This document shows, one piece after another, positions 24,641-34,670 of a stretch of 44,624 bases of DNA. The notes under the pieces were generated by a model. That model was not told the origin of the DNA, did no database searches, and saw only the letters and a program-made list of their open reading frames with translations. The DNA lies in contig NC_068984.1 in NCBI RefSeq assembly GCF_001194135.2, positions 29,878,550 to 29,923,173 of the forward strand, in the 5' to 3' direction. Source of the stretch: Octopus bimaculoides. Taxonomy: Eukaryota. How positions within the stretch are numbered: position 1 is the stretch's first letter; each line of letters begins with the position of its first letter. The position numbers and the translations under genes were made by a program.

Positions 24641-25436
24641 AAGCAGAATATAAATGTATGGTTAGTAGTGAAGGCCCACTTAATAGTCAATGAGACACTG
24701 AGGTTGTTGTCTTCAATGTAGAAGGACACAGAAATATGTTGGTATAAGTGAGGGATTCCCTAAGCTAGAGTGAATAATCAGAAATCCACTTTTAGAATGC
24801 AGGTGAAGCACTAATTTACAATATCAGCTAGCTATATATGACTACAGAAAAAGAAAAAGAATGCCGCCCGAAATAAAATGGAAATTGCAAAAATAGTTTG
24901 AGCCATATCTGAATTAAAATAGATGTATCAAGCATTGATTGGTTGAGAAAAGAATCACTCTAAAATCCTCACACGACACGGGTGCCTTGCTGAACTCAAA
25001 AGGTAAACAGTTCGCTTGTGTCCGCATAAGAGAAAATTCGTTTTGCAACATAGTCGTCTTCATTTGAGGACGAGAGAAGTAAGTACATTCGCACAGCTGA
25101 TCCTCTGCAGCCACTAGTGATATCATCTCATTGGAGACGTCTACACTTTCCACACCACCGAATAATTTTATAATTATTTCATTGTTCCGTATTTTATCAT
25201 CTCAGAGTGAGACACGACCGTATATTTATCTAGAACATAAAGGAGGCTATGGTACCGGCCAGCATGTTTGAAGGGTCGTCAGCATTCCAAAGTTCAATAA
25301 CCGATTAATAGGTGATGTGAAACTCTCGATAAACTTCTTATCGGTTAGATATCATAACCAGGTATATATTGTTTGACAATATAAAATTATATATATGTAC
25401 ACACATACACACACACACACACACACACATACACTG

Positions 25437-25480
<44 letters not shown>

Positions 25481-25787
25481 TTAATGTCTTCTATACTGAT
25501 GACAACATTCTGCTTTGGGTCCTTAATGTTGAGAAGATGTTAAGCTGTGTGATTTAATGGAGATTTGGCAAGTATTTGTAGGATTTCCATTATTCATGTA
25601 AAGAGACGTTTACAGTCACGTATACGAACATACACACATATGTACAAACACGCTGGTGTAAGATTTACTTTTCTTATATAACCAAACAATCAGTTAATAG
25701 ACAAAGTTATGTGTCTTTGACAGTACAGATTTTGCGAAGATCTGACAATGAGAGAAATATAGAAATACAGTCTGTATTAGATAAGTA

Positions 25788-25937
25788 TGGAGATGTACTA
25801 CGGTGCCAGCTCTTCACTACCAATGAACTAAGGTTACATCCCATATTTTTCGAGCACCATCCGGATTATTCGAGCAGTTCCAAGCAGTGCTGCTTTCTGC
25901 AAGTGCTCCACCTTTATTGCTTCCCATATCTGTTCCA
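25788..25937 (-). mobile_element. R4/Dong-like LINE 3' fragment A
   Basis: Minus strand EQIWEAIKVEHLQKAALLGTAR/IIRMVLEKYGM* plus the start of a 3' UTR. Confidence 0.75.
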
Positions 25938-25943
25938 TGTACA

Positions 25944-26170
25944 TAATTATTATTGTTATATGTTTGACTTTTGCTTTGTATTGTACATGTTGGCTTCAGG
26001 TCTCATCCAGAGATCTCAAGAGACAAGAAGTTAGACGTTTATGTCGTGGTTATGCCTAGAGTGTCATATATTTGATTTTGTACATAGTACTGTTCTAGAG
26101 AATGTTTAAGAAAACATAAGAAAATGATGATTTTGTTTTAAAAGTTTGTTTTAAAAGTTTGTTTTAAAAG
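25944..26170 (-). mobile_element. R4/Dong-like LINE 3' UTR fragment B with (TAA)n tail
   Basis: Homologous to the 3' UTR of fragment D: identical tatgtttgacttttgctttgta at 25959-25980 and 26674-26695, and shared tctagagaatgtttaagaaaacataag. Confidence 0.8.
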
Positions 26171-26179
26171 TTTTAAATG

Positions 26180-26622
26180 TTATTATTATTATTACTATTA
26201 CTATTATTATTATCATTATTATAGACGTTGCACAGTAAACAATTTCATGAGGTTGTTCATTGAAGATATTGTGTCTAGCGGTGGTTTGTACTATTTGTCA
26301 AGTCACAGCAAGGACCTCAGACAGACATTACTTTACGCAATAGGCCTACAGTTCCAAGTAATGCCGACTTTTGCAATGCATCTAGATTGTAGGGTATTTC
26401 TAAAGTTTTCAGATGTTTTTCAGATTGGGTGCTATTGGGTGCACAGTCTCAACGAGCCTCTCCATTTCAGACTCTGTTTTTGCAAACAGTTTAAAATCAT
26501 CCATGAAGAGAAGGTGGTTGAGGTAAGGTCCGTTCTTTCTCAGCTCATAGTGCACGTTGATTTTACGTAGGACTACAGAAAGTAAGATCAAGGCTATAAC
26601 AAATAACAGAGGTGAACAAGAG
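26180..26622 (-). mobile_element. R4/Dong-like LINE fragment C (RT joined to C-terminus) with (TAA)n tail
   Basis: SPLLFVIAL..YELRKNGPYLNHLLFMDDFKLFAKTESEMERLVETVH joined to IAPNLK/HLKTLEIPYNLDALQKSALLGTVGLLRKVMSV*; tail at 26180-26222. Confidence 0.85.
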
Positions 26623-26623
26623 T

Positions 26624-27182
26624 TTTTATCATTATTGCTATTGTTGTTACTGTTATTATTACCATTATTATTGTATGTTTGACTTTTGCTTTGTATATGT
26701 ACAAATTGACTCCAAGTCTCTCCCCGAGACCTCAAGAGGCAAGTTAGAAGTTCAAGTTGGTGTTATGCCTAGGGTGACGTATATTTCGTTTCGCACATAG
26801 TATTGCTCTAGAGAATGTTTAAGAAAACATAAGCAGATAAGTTTGTTTTAAAATATTCAAGATTACATATACAGTATTTTACATAAGATATGGGCAGTTC
26901 CCATGAACACTGTCTTTTGAATTTCTACCATTTTCGGGTTTCCTGGTACCTGAGCTAGCTAGCAATCAGCATTTTATGCTATCATTCCTGGGGCACCTAT
27001 GACAACATGTATTGTTTTATTCTTGAGATTCCGCGTTTTGCCAATTTCCATTTCAAGATCTTTATACTTGCTCAGTTATTGGTTGATCTTGAAAGATACA
27101 TTTATGTCTATGGGACAGTCGTATCAATGAGGAGACATGATTTTTGTCTGAAGTCCTTCAATATAATGTCTGGCCTGTTATT
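26624..27182 (-). mobile_element. R4/Dong-like LINE fragment D (restriction-like endonuclease, 3' UTR, (TAA)n tail)
   Basis: NRPDIILKDFRQKSCLLIDTTV/IDINVSFKINQ*LSKYKDLEMEI..VVIGAPGMI..IQKTVFMGTAHILCKILYM*, a PD-(D/E)xK-type REL domain. Confidence 0.88.
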
Positions 27183-27360
27183 ATTTTTATTATTATTATT
27201 AATTTTATTATTATTGTTGTTGTTGTTGTTGTTGTTATCTTATTGATTCTGAATTGATATTATTTTCTAGCATTTATGTCTGTAGAGTGTTCCTACATGT
27301 AACTTTAGATATTTATATGATTTCAATTAGATATCAAATCCTCAAATACTTCTGATGATC
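27181..27360 (-). mobile_element. (TAA/CAA)n tract plus possible fifth LINE 3' fragment E
   Basis: Tail-like repeat 27181-27244; adjacent minus-strand aagatcatcagaagtatt (KIIRSI*) resembles the KIIRxVL end of these LINEs. Confidence 0.4.
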
Positions 27361-27361
27361 T

Positions 27362-27581
27362 TCCGTGACAGAATCCTAAACATGTCAGATAAAATGCTTA
27401 GCGACATTTCGTCTGTTTTTACGTTCTGAATTCAAATTCCACCGTAGTCCACCTTGCCTTTCATGCTTTCGTGGTCGATAAAATAAATAGCAGTTGATCA
27501 TTGGGGGTGTCAATGTAATCGACTTAACCCCTCTACTGAGATTGCTGGATTTGTGCCAAAGGGTGAAGGTATTATTATTAA
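27362..27581 (+). mobile_element. Family B SINE
   Basis: cagaatcctaaacatgtcagataaaatgcttagcg, gccttTcatgctttcgtggtcgataaaataa, gatttgtgccaaa, tattattatt tail. Confidence 0.85.
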
Positions 27582-27716
27582 GGCAGTGAGCTATCAGAAT
27601 CGTCAGCACGCCGGACGAAATGCTTAGAGCCATTTCGCCAGTCTTACGTTCTGAGATAAAATTCCGCTGAGGTCGACTTTTCTTTCACCCCCTCGAGATC
27701 GATAAAATAAGTAGGA
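27582..27716 (+). mobile_element. Family B SINE, 3'-truncated, directly after the previous copy
   Basis: ggcagtgagctatcagaatcgtcagcacgccggacgaaatgcttag through gatcgataaaataagtagg. Confidence 0.85.
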
Positions 27717-27938
27717 ATTAAATACGAAATTGCTGGCGATTAAAAGAAGTTGAGGTAGTATTTACACTCCGACCTCGTAAACCCGTTCACCAACAACAAC
27801 TACCCATACAGACTCATAGATTGGTGTATTGTCACCTGAGTGATGGCAAAGGCGTTATCTCTCAGGAGTAGTGGTGTATCACCAACACATGGCAGATGCA
27901 GTGACCCATTGTTACAGCGGATGCGCACATACTGCTGT

Positions 27939-27939
<1 letters not shown>

Positions 27940-27973
<34 letters not shown>
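27940..27973. repeat. (CTA)n microsatellite
   Basis: Pure actact run. Confidence 0.95.
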
Positions 27974-30900
27974 TCCTCATTATCATATTAAAAAAAAAAA
28001 CATGTTCAATCGGGTAAAATAATTTTGCACGCTTGTAAAAACGACAGGCATCTTGAACAAGAAACGATCGATTACATCTATGATCGCCCTTAGTCTATTT
28101 CTTTGTTACTGGTATACACTCATGCGCGCGCGCGTGTATGCATATGTGAGTGTGTGCATGTGTGCATAGATGGAGGAGAGAAAAACAAGGAGGAGAAGGA
28201 GTTATTCATTCTGGGAAATATTCAAAGGCCAAGAAATATATCTAAATTACTGTTTAAACTTTAATCAAAATCGACGATATTGCGTGAGAAGGTAAAATAA
28301 TACAGTATAAGGCAATTTAAATGAAATAATATTGTTTATATAATGAAGAATCATTCAGTTTAGTGTTAGAAAATGTGTAAATATTACTGTCAGTCCGTCT
28401 ATTTGTCTGTCTTGATAAGAATGAAGAGACGAGTCATACATAACAAAGCTAAATGATTTCAGTTGTTATCCTGTTTATACAAATGACAAAAGGGGCTTTT
28501 GCTTCACCTCGCGCACATACACACATACACAAATACACACACAGGCGCACACATGCATACAAACACACGCTCACATATATACGATAAAAAATATATAGAA
28601 ACATTCTTTAAAAAACGTATAATATGAAAGAAACAGGAACATTTCCAACCTACTTCTTCCAAGGATTGCTTTTTTATAAAGGCTAAACAACAGCGGTTAA
28701 CATCTTAAGTGGACAGTTCTAATTTTACTCGTTGTGCGTATATTAAGAAATATTTGTTTTATATTCACATTCTTTAATAAATCTTGATTTCTTTGTTCGA
28801 GTGCAACGCGAAATTACGCTTTTATGCCTTACATAAACATGTTAATGTATTCGTTAACACCTTTAGGCAAATTGGAACGAGAAATTCTACTTGAATGCGG
28901 CATCTACTCTATTGATCTAATTAGCGAATGAGTTCGATGGAATACATTGTTATTCGGTCCTCGTGATGAGAGACCGAAGTAAAAGCAATGATTTATCGCT
29001 ATAGAATTTTCTGTAATTTTTCACCAGAAATAAGGTGGCCAGCTGTGAAGAATTAGCAGCTAAAATGCCTTTCTGTCTGGCGTCCTAAAGGAAAAAGGAA
29101 ACATATACGAGATGATTTAACTCTAGATGATCCTCACAAAGACAGTATTGTCACTGGTAAAATTCTTTCGATCCTAGTTCTCTATCAAGTTGATCTCGGT
29201 CTAAAGAAATAAAACAAAAACCATAACGTTCCTAAGTAATACGTTCATGTCCTATGTGGATCTTTATGATTTTAAGTTATAGAGTAATAGTTTAAAGTAT
29301 GAGCCTACTGAAGCAATTTAAATAACATAATAATGAAGGAAAAAAGAACAGGATGAAATACTCTCAATGTTTAAATTAGAGCGCCTCTTAAACGTTAACA
29401 GTCATTCATCAGGTTATTATTATCGATCTCACTAATATAGTGGAATATTGAACGCTTGTATTGGGTGTACATGATAATATTTCGATTTAACTGCATTGTA
29501 TCTTCTTGTCCAACTATTTATAATTTAACAATAAGTTAAGTAAAAGCACTGGATCTCTCCTACTATTCAAGAGTGTGTACTTATAGGCTCATTAAATAAA
29601 TGTACGTGATAACGTAGATATGTTTGTGATACGCAGCTCTTAGATCAAACAGAGGCCTCCATTTGAGGAGAGATCATAATTTGACCTTCAAATTTGACCT
29701 GCGAATTGACAAAGAATTGAAATAATATTCCCAAGAACCTCGTGGTTTATCGGTGAAAGCAATGAAGATTAGTACCATTTAAAATTGACTAATTATCTGA
29801 GGTGATGACAATGACTTCAGTTAATCCTTTTTGTTTAATTTTGTGTAATTATAAGCGGAAATCAATAGAAATCGTTAGGCGGTAAATTAAAACTTTGATC
29901 AGGCTATATTCATTAACCACTTCAATTAGAGATAACTTTCAATGAACACTTTTAGTTTTCATTAATTCTATTCACTTGATTAAAATAGACTATGCTTAGA
30001 ATTCTATTACTTCAGAGAGTACATTAAAACCTGACCTGGGAGTTTCACCAAACTAAGGGATTATTGCTTTTATTATCAGTTTATCGTTTTGTGCAGACAA
30101 ATCCACTGGCCCTGTTCTAATATATATTGTACATTACAGATTATACACGTTTGTTTTGAGGTAACTTATCTCAGGTTGATATCTGGTTGATGATAACTTA
30201 GAATTAACAATAGACAATGGTTGTCAGAATATGTATATTATTTGAACATATACTTAGACATTAGTAAAATCAAGAGAACTTCGGTATTTATTCCCAGGAA
30301 TAAAATCCAGAATCCATGGAAATGCGTGCAGATCGGAATTATCATCGTTAATGATTAAATCCAATACAGTGTTTAGTTTCTAACAAGGCGAGAAAATCTA
30401 TGCTTTCGAACATTATTTAACAAAACTATCAATGACGTTGTGTCCCAAGTATCAGATATTATCACTCCTCGCAGCAGCTAAATGCCCTGGAATTTAAGTA
30501 TGCACAGTTTTGCTGCAATCTGTGATCTTATATCTCTGTGTTTTGGATCACAAATACCTTTACAGCCAAAATACAGTGGTTTGTAGACACCGAATTTAAG
30601 GATACTTAGTTATATGTATGTGTAATATGGAGTTCGTACCAAATGTAATAGCATATATTTAATAATTTAATGTAGTAATACGGTTAATTGAGTCAGAATA
30701 GAAAGTTAGCAAGCTAATCAGTTAACGTATATTTTTAGAATCAGAAAAGCTCAATACAGCCGATGCTTTCATGAAAACCACTCAAGCATTCAGCAAGAGG
30801 CATCATGTCTTTATATCCAATCTGAAAACATTCATGTTACTCTGAACAAGAACTCTTCTACTGCACACATTTAACTTAACGGTGGTCGGAATCTTCTAAT

Positions 30901-31618
30901 TAGTTCTTCGTTTCTCTTTCTAGCTCAGAAACCATTCGCAACTACAGATGATTTTCAACTTTTCAGCTGTAATTATGTGTTACAGCTCTTCAAATATTTT
31001 AATGAGATTGATGTAGTTCAGAAGCACTGAAGGTTTACTGTTAATAGTAAGCTACTTCGACAAATTAATACCGGAATGACCTGCCCTTAACGGGCTGTAT
31101 TTCTCAAATATAATTTTGAGTACAGCATAAAATCCAACTGTAAGTATTTGATATCATTTACACTTAAAAAAAAAAAAAGATTTGCGTACATTACATAACA
31201 TAGTATTATTAATGAGACCTATTTACTACTGCGTGATATGAAACCTTTCAAGAATGCTAAGGTACTAAAAGTATAATTGAACTTGAGCATTCTCATGAAA
31301 GCTGGGTAATTTCATAAATGATATATCAGATGAATTAATACGCATGCGTATTCCAAGTTAAGTAGATAATAAAGTAACAAAGCCTCATAAAAGTATCCTT
31401 GTAACAGTGTTTCGCTTTCATAAATTTTACATATATAACGAACATTTATTCTAACCTAGCCTTTTTTTTTTGTTTTAAACTCTACATAAATTTTTGTTTA
31501 CACGATACAACAGTCAACGGAATTTTCCTTTATAATAAAACAAATAAAACCAGGTGTATTTATTGGGACTTTCCAACTCACCCGTTTACTAATACCTGTC
31601 AATATGATTTATTTGTTT

Positions 31619-31810
31619 AAATCGTTAGCACATCGGACAATATGCTTCGTGGCATTTCGTCCGTCTTTACATTCTGAGTTAAAATTCCACTGGAGTCAAC
31701 GGGTCGATTAAAAAAGTACCAGTTGAACACTGGGATTGATTTAATCGACTTAGCACCTCCTCCCAAAGCTGCTGTCCTTGTGCCAAACTTTGAAACCAAT
31801 ATTATTTATT
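31619..31810 (+). mobile_element. Family B SINE
   Basis: atcgttagcacatcggac..tctgagttaaaattcc..gtcgattaaaaaagtaccagttgaacactggg..ttgtgccaaactttgaaaccaatattatt. Confidence 0.85.
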
Positions 31811-31815
31811 TGGTC

Positions 31816-32005
31816 AAGGCGGCGAGCACTAATTCGTCCGTCTTTATCTTCCGAGTTCGAATTCCGCCGAAGTTGACTTTGTATTTTATCATTTCATGGT
31901 CGATGAAATAAGAAGCAGTTGAGTACTGCAGAGCTATGTAATTGACTTATCCCTCCGCCGAAGTTGCTGGCCTTGTGCCAAAATTTGAAATCAATATTAT
32001 TTATT
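31816..32005 (+). mobile_element. Family B SINE with internal deletion, tandem to the previous copy
   Basis: aaggcggcgagc joined to aattcgtccgtctt..gagttcgaattccgccg..gccttgtgccaaaatttgaaatcaatattatt. Confidence 0.85.
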
Positions 32006-32342
32006 TGTAAATTGACTACCAAATATAAAGGGTCTAGTTTTTGTGCAGAATGCAATGAACTAAATAATAAACGGCACTGTGCTGCCATAGCTAACAAATT
32101 ATATATGAAATAACGAGTACAGATCCTTGAAATATTTCGCAGATGACTGATTCAAATGTCAATAAAAACAAAGTTAAGGAAAATGGCATAACAGATGCAA
32201 GTGGATATAAGACTACATTTGTGCAAGCTTGCACACAATTCCCCTGGTTGAATATGATCAACATTTCAATCATTCTTGAGATATTAATAAAGATTTCATC
32301 TACAAATTTTCGGACATTGACCTTTAAATATTTTCGGCTACA

Positions 32343-32344
<2 letters not shown>

Positions 32345-32387
<43 letters not shown>

Positions 32388-32572
32388 CACACACACACAC
32401 ACATACACCCACTTTGTATGTACGTAAGTATATACATACGCATACACACACACAAACACACAAATGCATGCGCGCGCGCTCGCACACACACACACATGTA
32501 TGTATGTACGTAAGTATATACATATGCACACAAACACAAACACGCACAAATACACACACACATCTGCAAGTG
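32345..32572. repeat. (CA)n-rich compound microsatellite with a (CG)n core
   Basis: Visible repeats. Confidence 0.9.
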
Positions 32573-33254
32573 AAAGGATATTTGAGTTTCGCGATTGTAA
32601 ACAAATAGAAAGAAGCAATTAAATCCATCGCATAATTCGATTGAACATTAATGTTTAAAATTTTATAATAAACATTTTGATCATGGTTATAGAAGAACTA
32701 TGTAATTTTATCTGTAAGTAAGATATATCTTTGATACATTAACAACATATTAATTTTTGTGACGGAATATCCCATATTCATGAATTATTAAAGAAAGTTG
32801 AGAAGGACAATGGTAAAAGTGAATATTTTATAGGTTTTAAAAAGAATGAAAGAACCAGAAATTTATTAGTGTTTTTTTTTTAAATCTCTCTATATAAAGC
32901 AGAGTTTATGTGTGTGTGCGTGCGTGTGTATTTATGTGTGTGTGCGTGGTGCGTATGCTTCTTATGGAGTCGAAAACTGAGTTGCCGATTTTGACGCATG
33001 AGGTACCAAAAGATTCAGTAATCTTTCGTCTACCAAATGAAGTATGTGTTTTTTTACAACACTTTTTTTACAATAAACTTAACCTCGAAAACGATTCTGA
33101 GGTCATTTTCAGGCAATATTTGGATTTGCTTCTAATTTACGTTGCCAATTTTTGTTTTCGGTGTCAAAAAATGCAGTAATGTGCAAGGCGTGTTATGAAT
33201 GCATTTGTGATGCACAAAACCCTATTTGTTAACAGAAACTGGTCAAATAACATA

Positions 33255-33296
33255 GCAAGCTGGCAGAAATGTTAGCAAGCCGGTCGAAAGCTTAGG
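33255..33296 (+). mobile_element. Family B SINE head fragment
   Basis: gcaagctggcagaaatgttagcaagccggtcgaaagcttag. Confidence 0.65.
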
Positions 33297-33556
33297 TCAC
33301 ATACACACATGAGTTCGCTCAAGGTGCGTGTCCCTTCATTTGTCCGGATGCACACCGTGTTCACTGACTGGCACAATTTCAAATCATTTTTTCTCTATCA
33401 GTGTCATGTACTGTAAAACCAGCTGGTCCTGGTGTTATTGTTATCAACGACCCGGGTAACGCCGCAGTGCATTGTGTGTGGTGCGTACCTTCCACTTGAA
33501 CTAAAAAAAATGAGTATGTATATATATATAATACAATGTGGCTGTAGGTCATAACA

Positions 33557-33584
33557 CCTGGACAACGCCGGGAGGCATTCCTAA
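33557..33584 (+). mobile_element. Helitron-type 3' terminus (decayed)
   Basis: GC-rich hairpin cctggacaacgccggg (33557-33572), 8 nt spacer, then CTAA|T, fitting CTRR|T. Confidence 0.5.
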
Positions 33585-34129
33585 TATTGTAGTAAAGATT
33601 CCTGTCTCCTCTGTGTCGATTAGTCCAAGTAAAAAAATGTATAAGAAACCATTCTTACATTCGAGCTGACTTGATTATTTAGTAAATGCCTTAAAGGGTT
33701 TCATGTTGGTTTCATATTACCTCAGCATATATATGATAATAACTGAATGAATTGTAAAAAGCTTTTGGCTTTCATAACATTCAATACGTGGGAAGGCGTT
33801 CTATTATGAATCTATTTTTTTAAAGATGATAAATTTGAGATAGTAAACTTTGTTCACGCTATATTCATTAACTACTGTTTTTAGATATGGCATTTATCTC
33901 TAGGTCGGAAAAACCGTTATCGCATTCAGTTCAAACTCGTAAGATTCGACATACATTAAAATACAGAGTACAGTATTTTACGTTTAGCAAATAAATATGT
34001 CTACAAACTAAAGTAAAATGAACATCGTACATTTAATATTTATCTTTAATATATTATATTTTAAAGCTTTTCAAATTATTATTAGTATACGTTTACCCTA
34101 ATCAAAAAATAAGTAGCATTGAAGTATTT

Positions 34130-34132
34130 TAA

Positions 34133-34172
<40 letters not shown>

Positions 34173-34634
34173 TATATACTTTTATAAAACAAATTTTACA
34201 AAATATATAGTATCTGTTAACAGTCTTAGCCAAAAACTCACAGTTGAGTTTTTGTATATATATATGTATACATGTCTACATATATATNNNNNNNNNNNNN
34301 NNNNNNNNNNNNNNNNNNNNNNNNNNNNNNNNNNNNNNNNNNNNNNNNNNNNNNNNNNNNNNNNNNNNNNNNNNNNNNNNNNNNNNNNNNNNNNNNNNNN
34401 NNNNNNNNNNNNNNNNNNNNNNNNNNNNNNNNNNNNNNNNNNNNNNNNNNNNNNNNNNNNNNNNNNNNNNNNNNNNNNNNNNNNNNNNNNNNNNNNNNNN
34501 NNNNNNNNNNNNNNNNNNNNNNNNNNNNNNNNNNNNNNNNNNNNNNNNNNNNNNNNNNNNNNNNNNNNNNNNNNNNNNNNNNNNNNNNNNNNNNNNNNNN
34601 NNNNNNNNNNNNNNNNNNNNNNNNNNNNNNNNNN

Positions 34635-34669
<35 letters not shown>

Positions 34670-34670
34670 A
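34130..34670. repeat. (TA)n tracts around a gap (N 34288-34634)
   Basis: Simple repeats flanking the N run. Confidence 0.9.

Noticed and set aside
25113-25142. Minus-strand hairpin plus CTAG|T resembling a Helitron 3' end
   Set aside because: Weak 6-bp stem and no convincing TC 5' end found.
28953-28978. Hairpin containing TGATGAG and GAA, hammerhead-like at first sight
   Set aside because: The putative core lies inside its own stem-loop; no GAAA or stems I/III.
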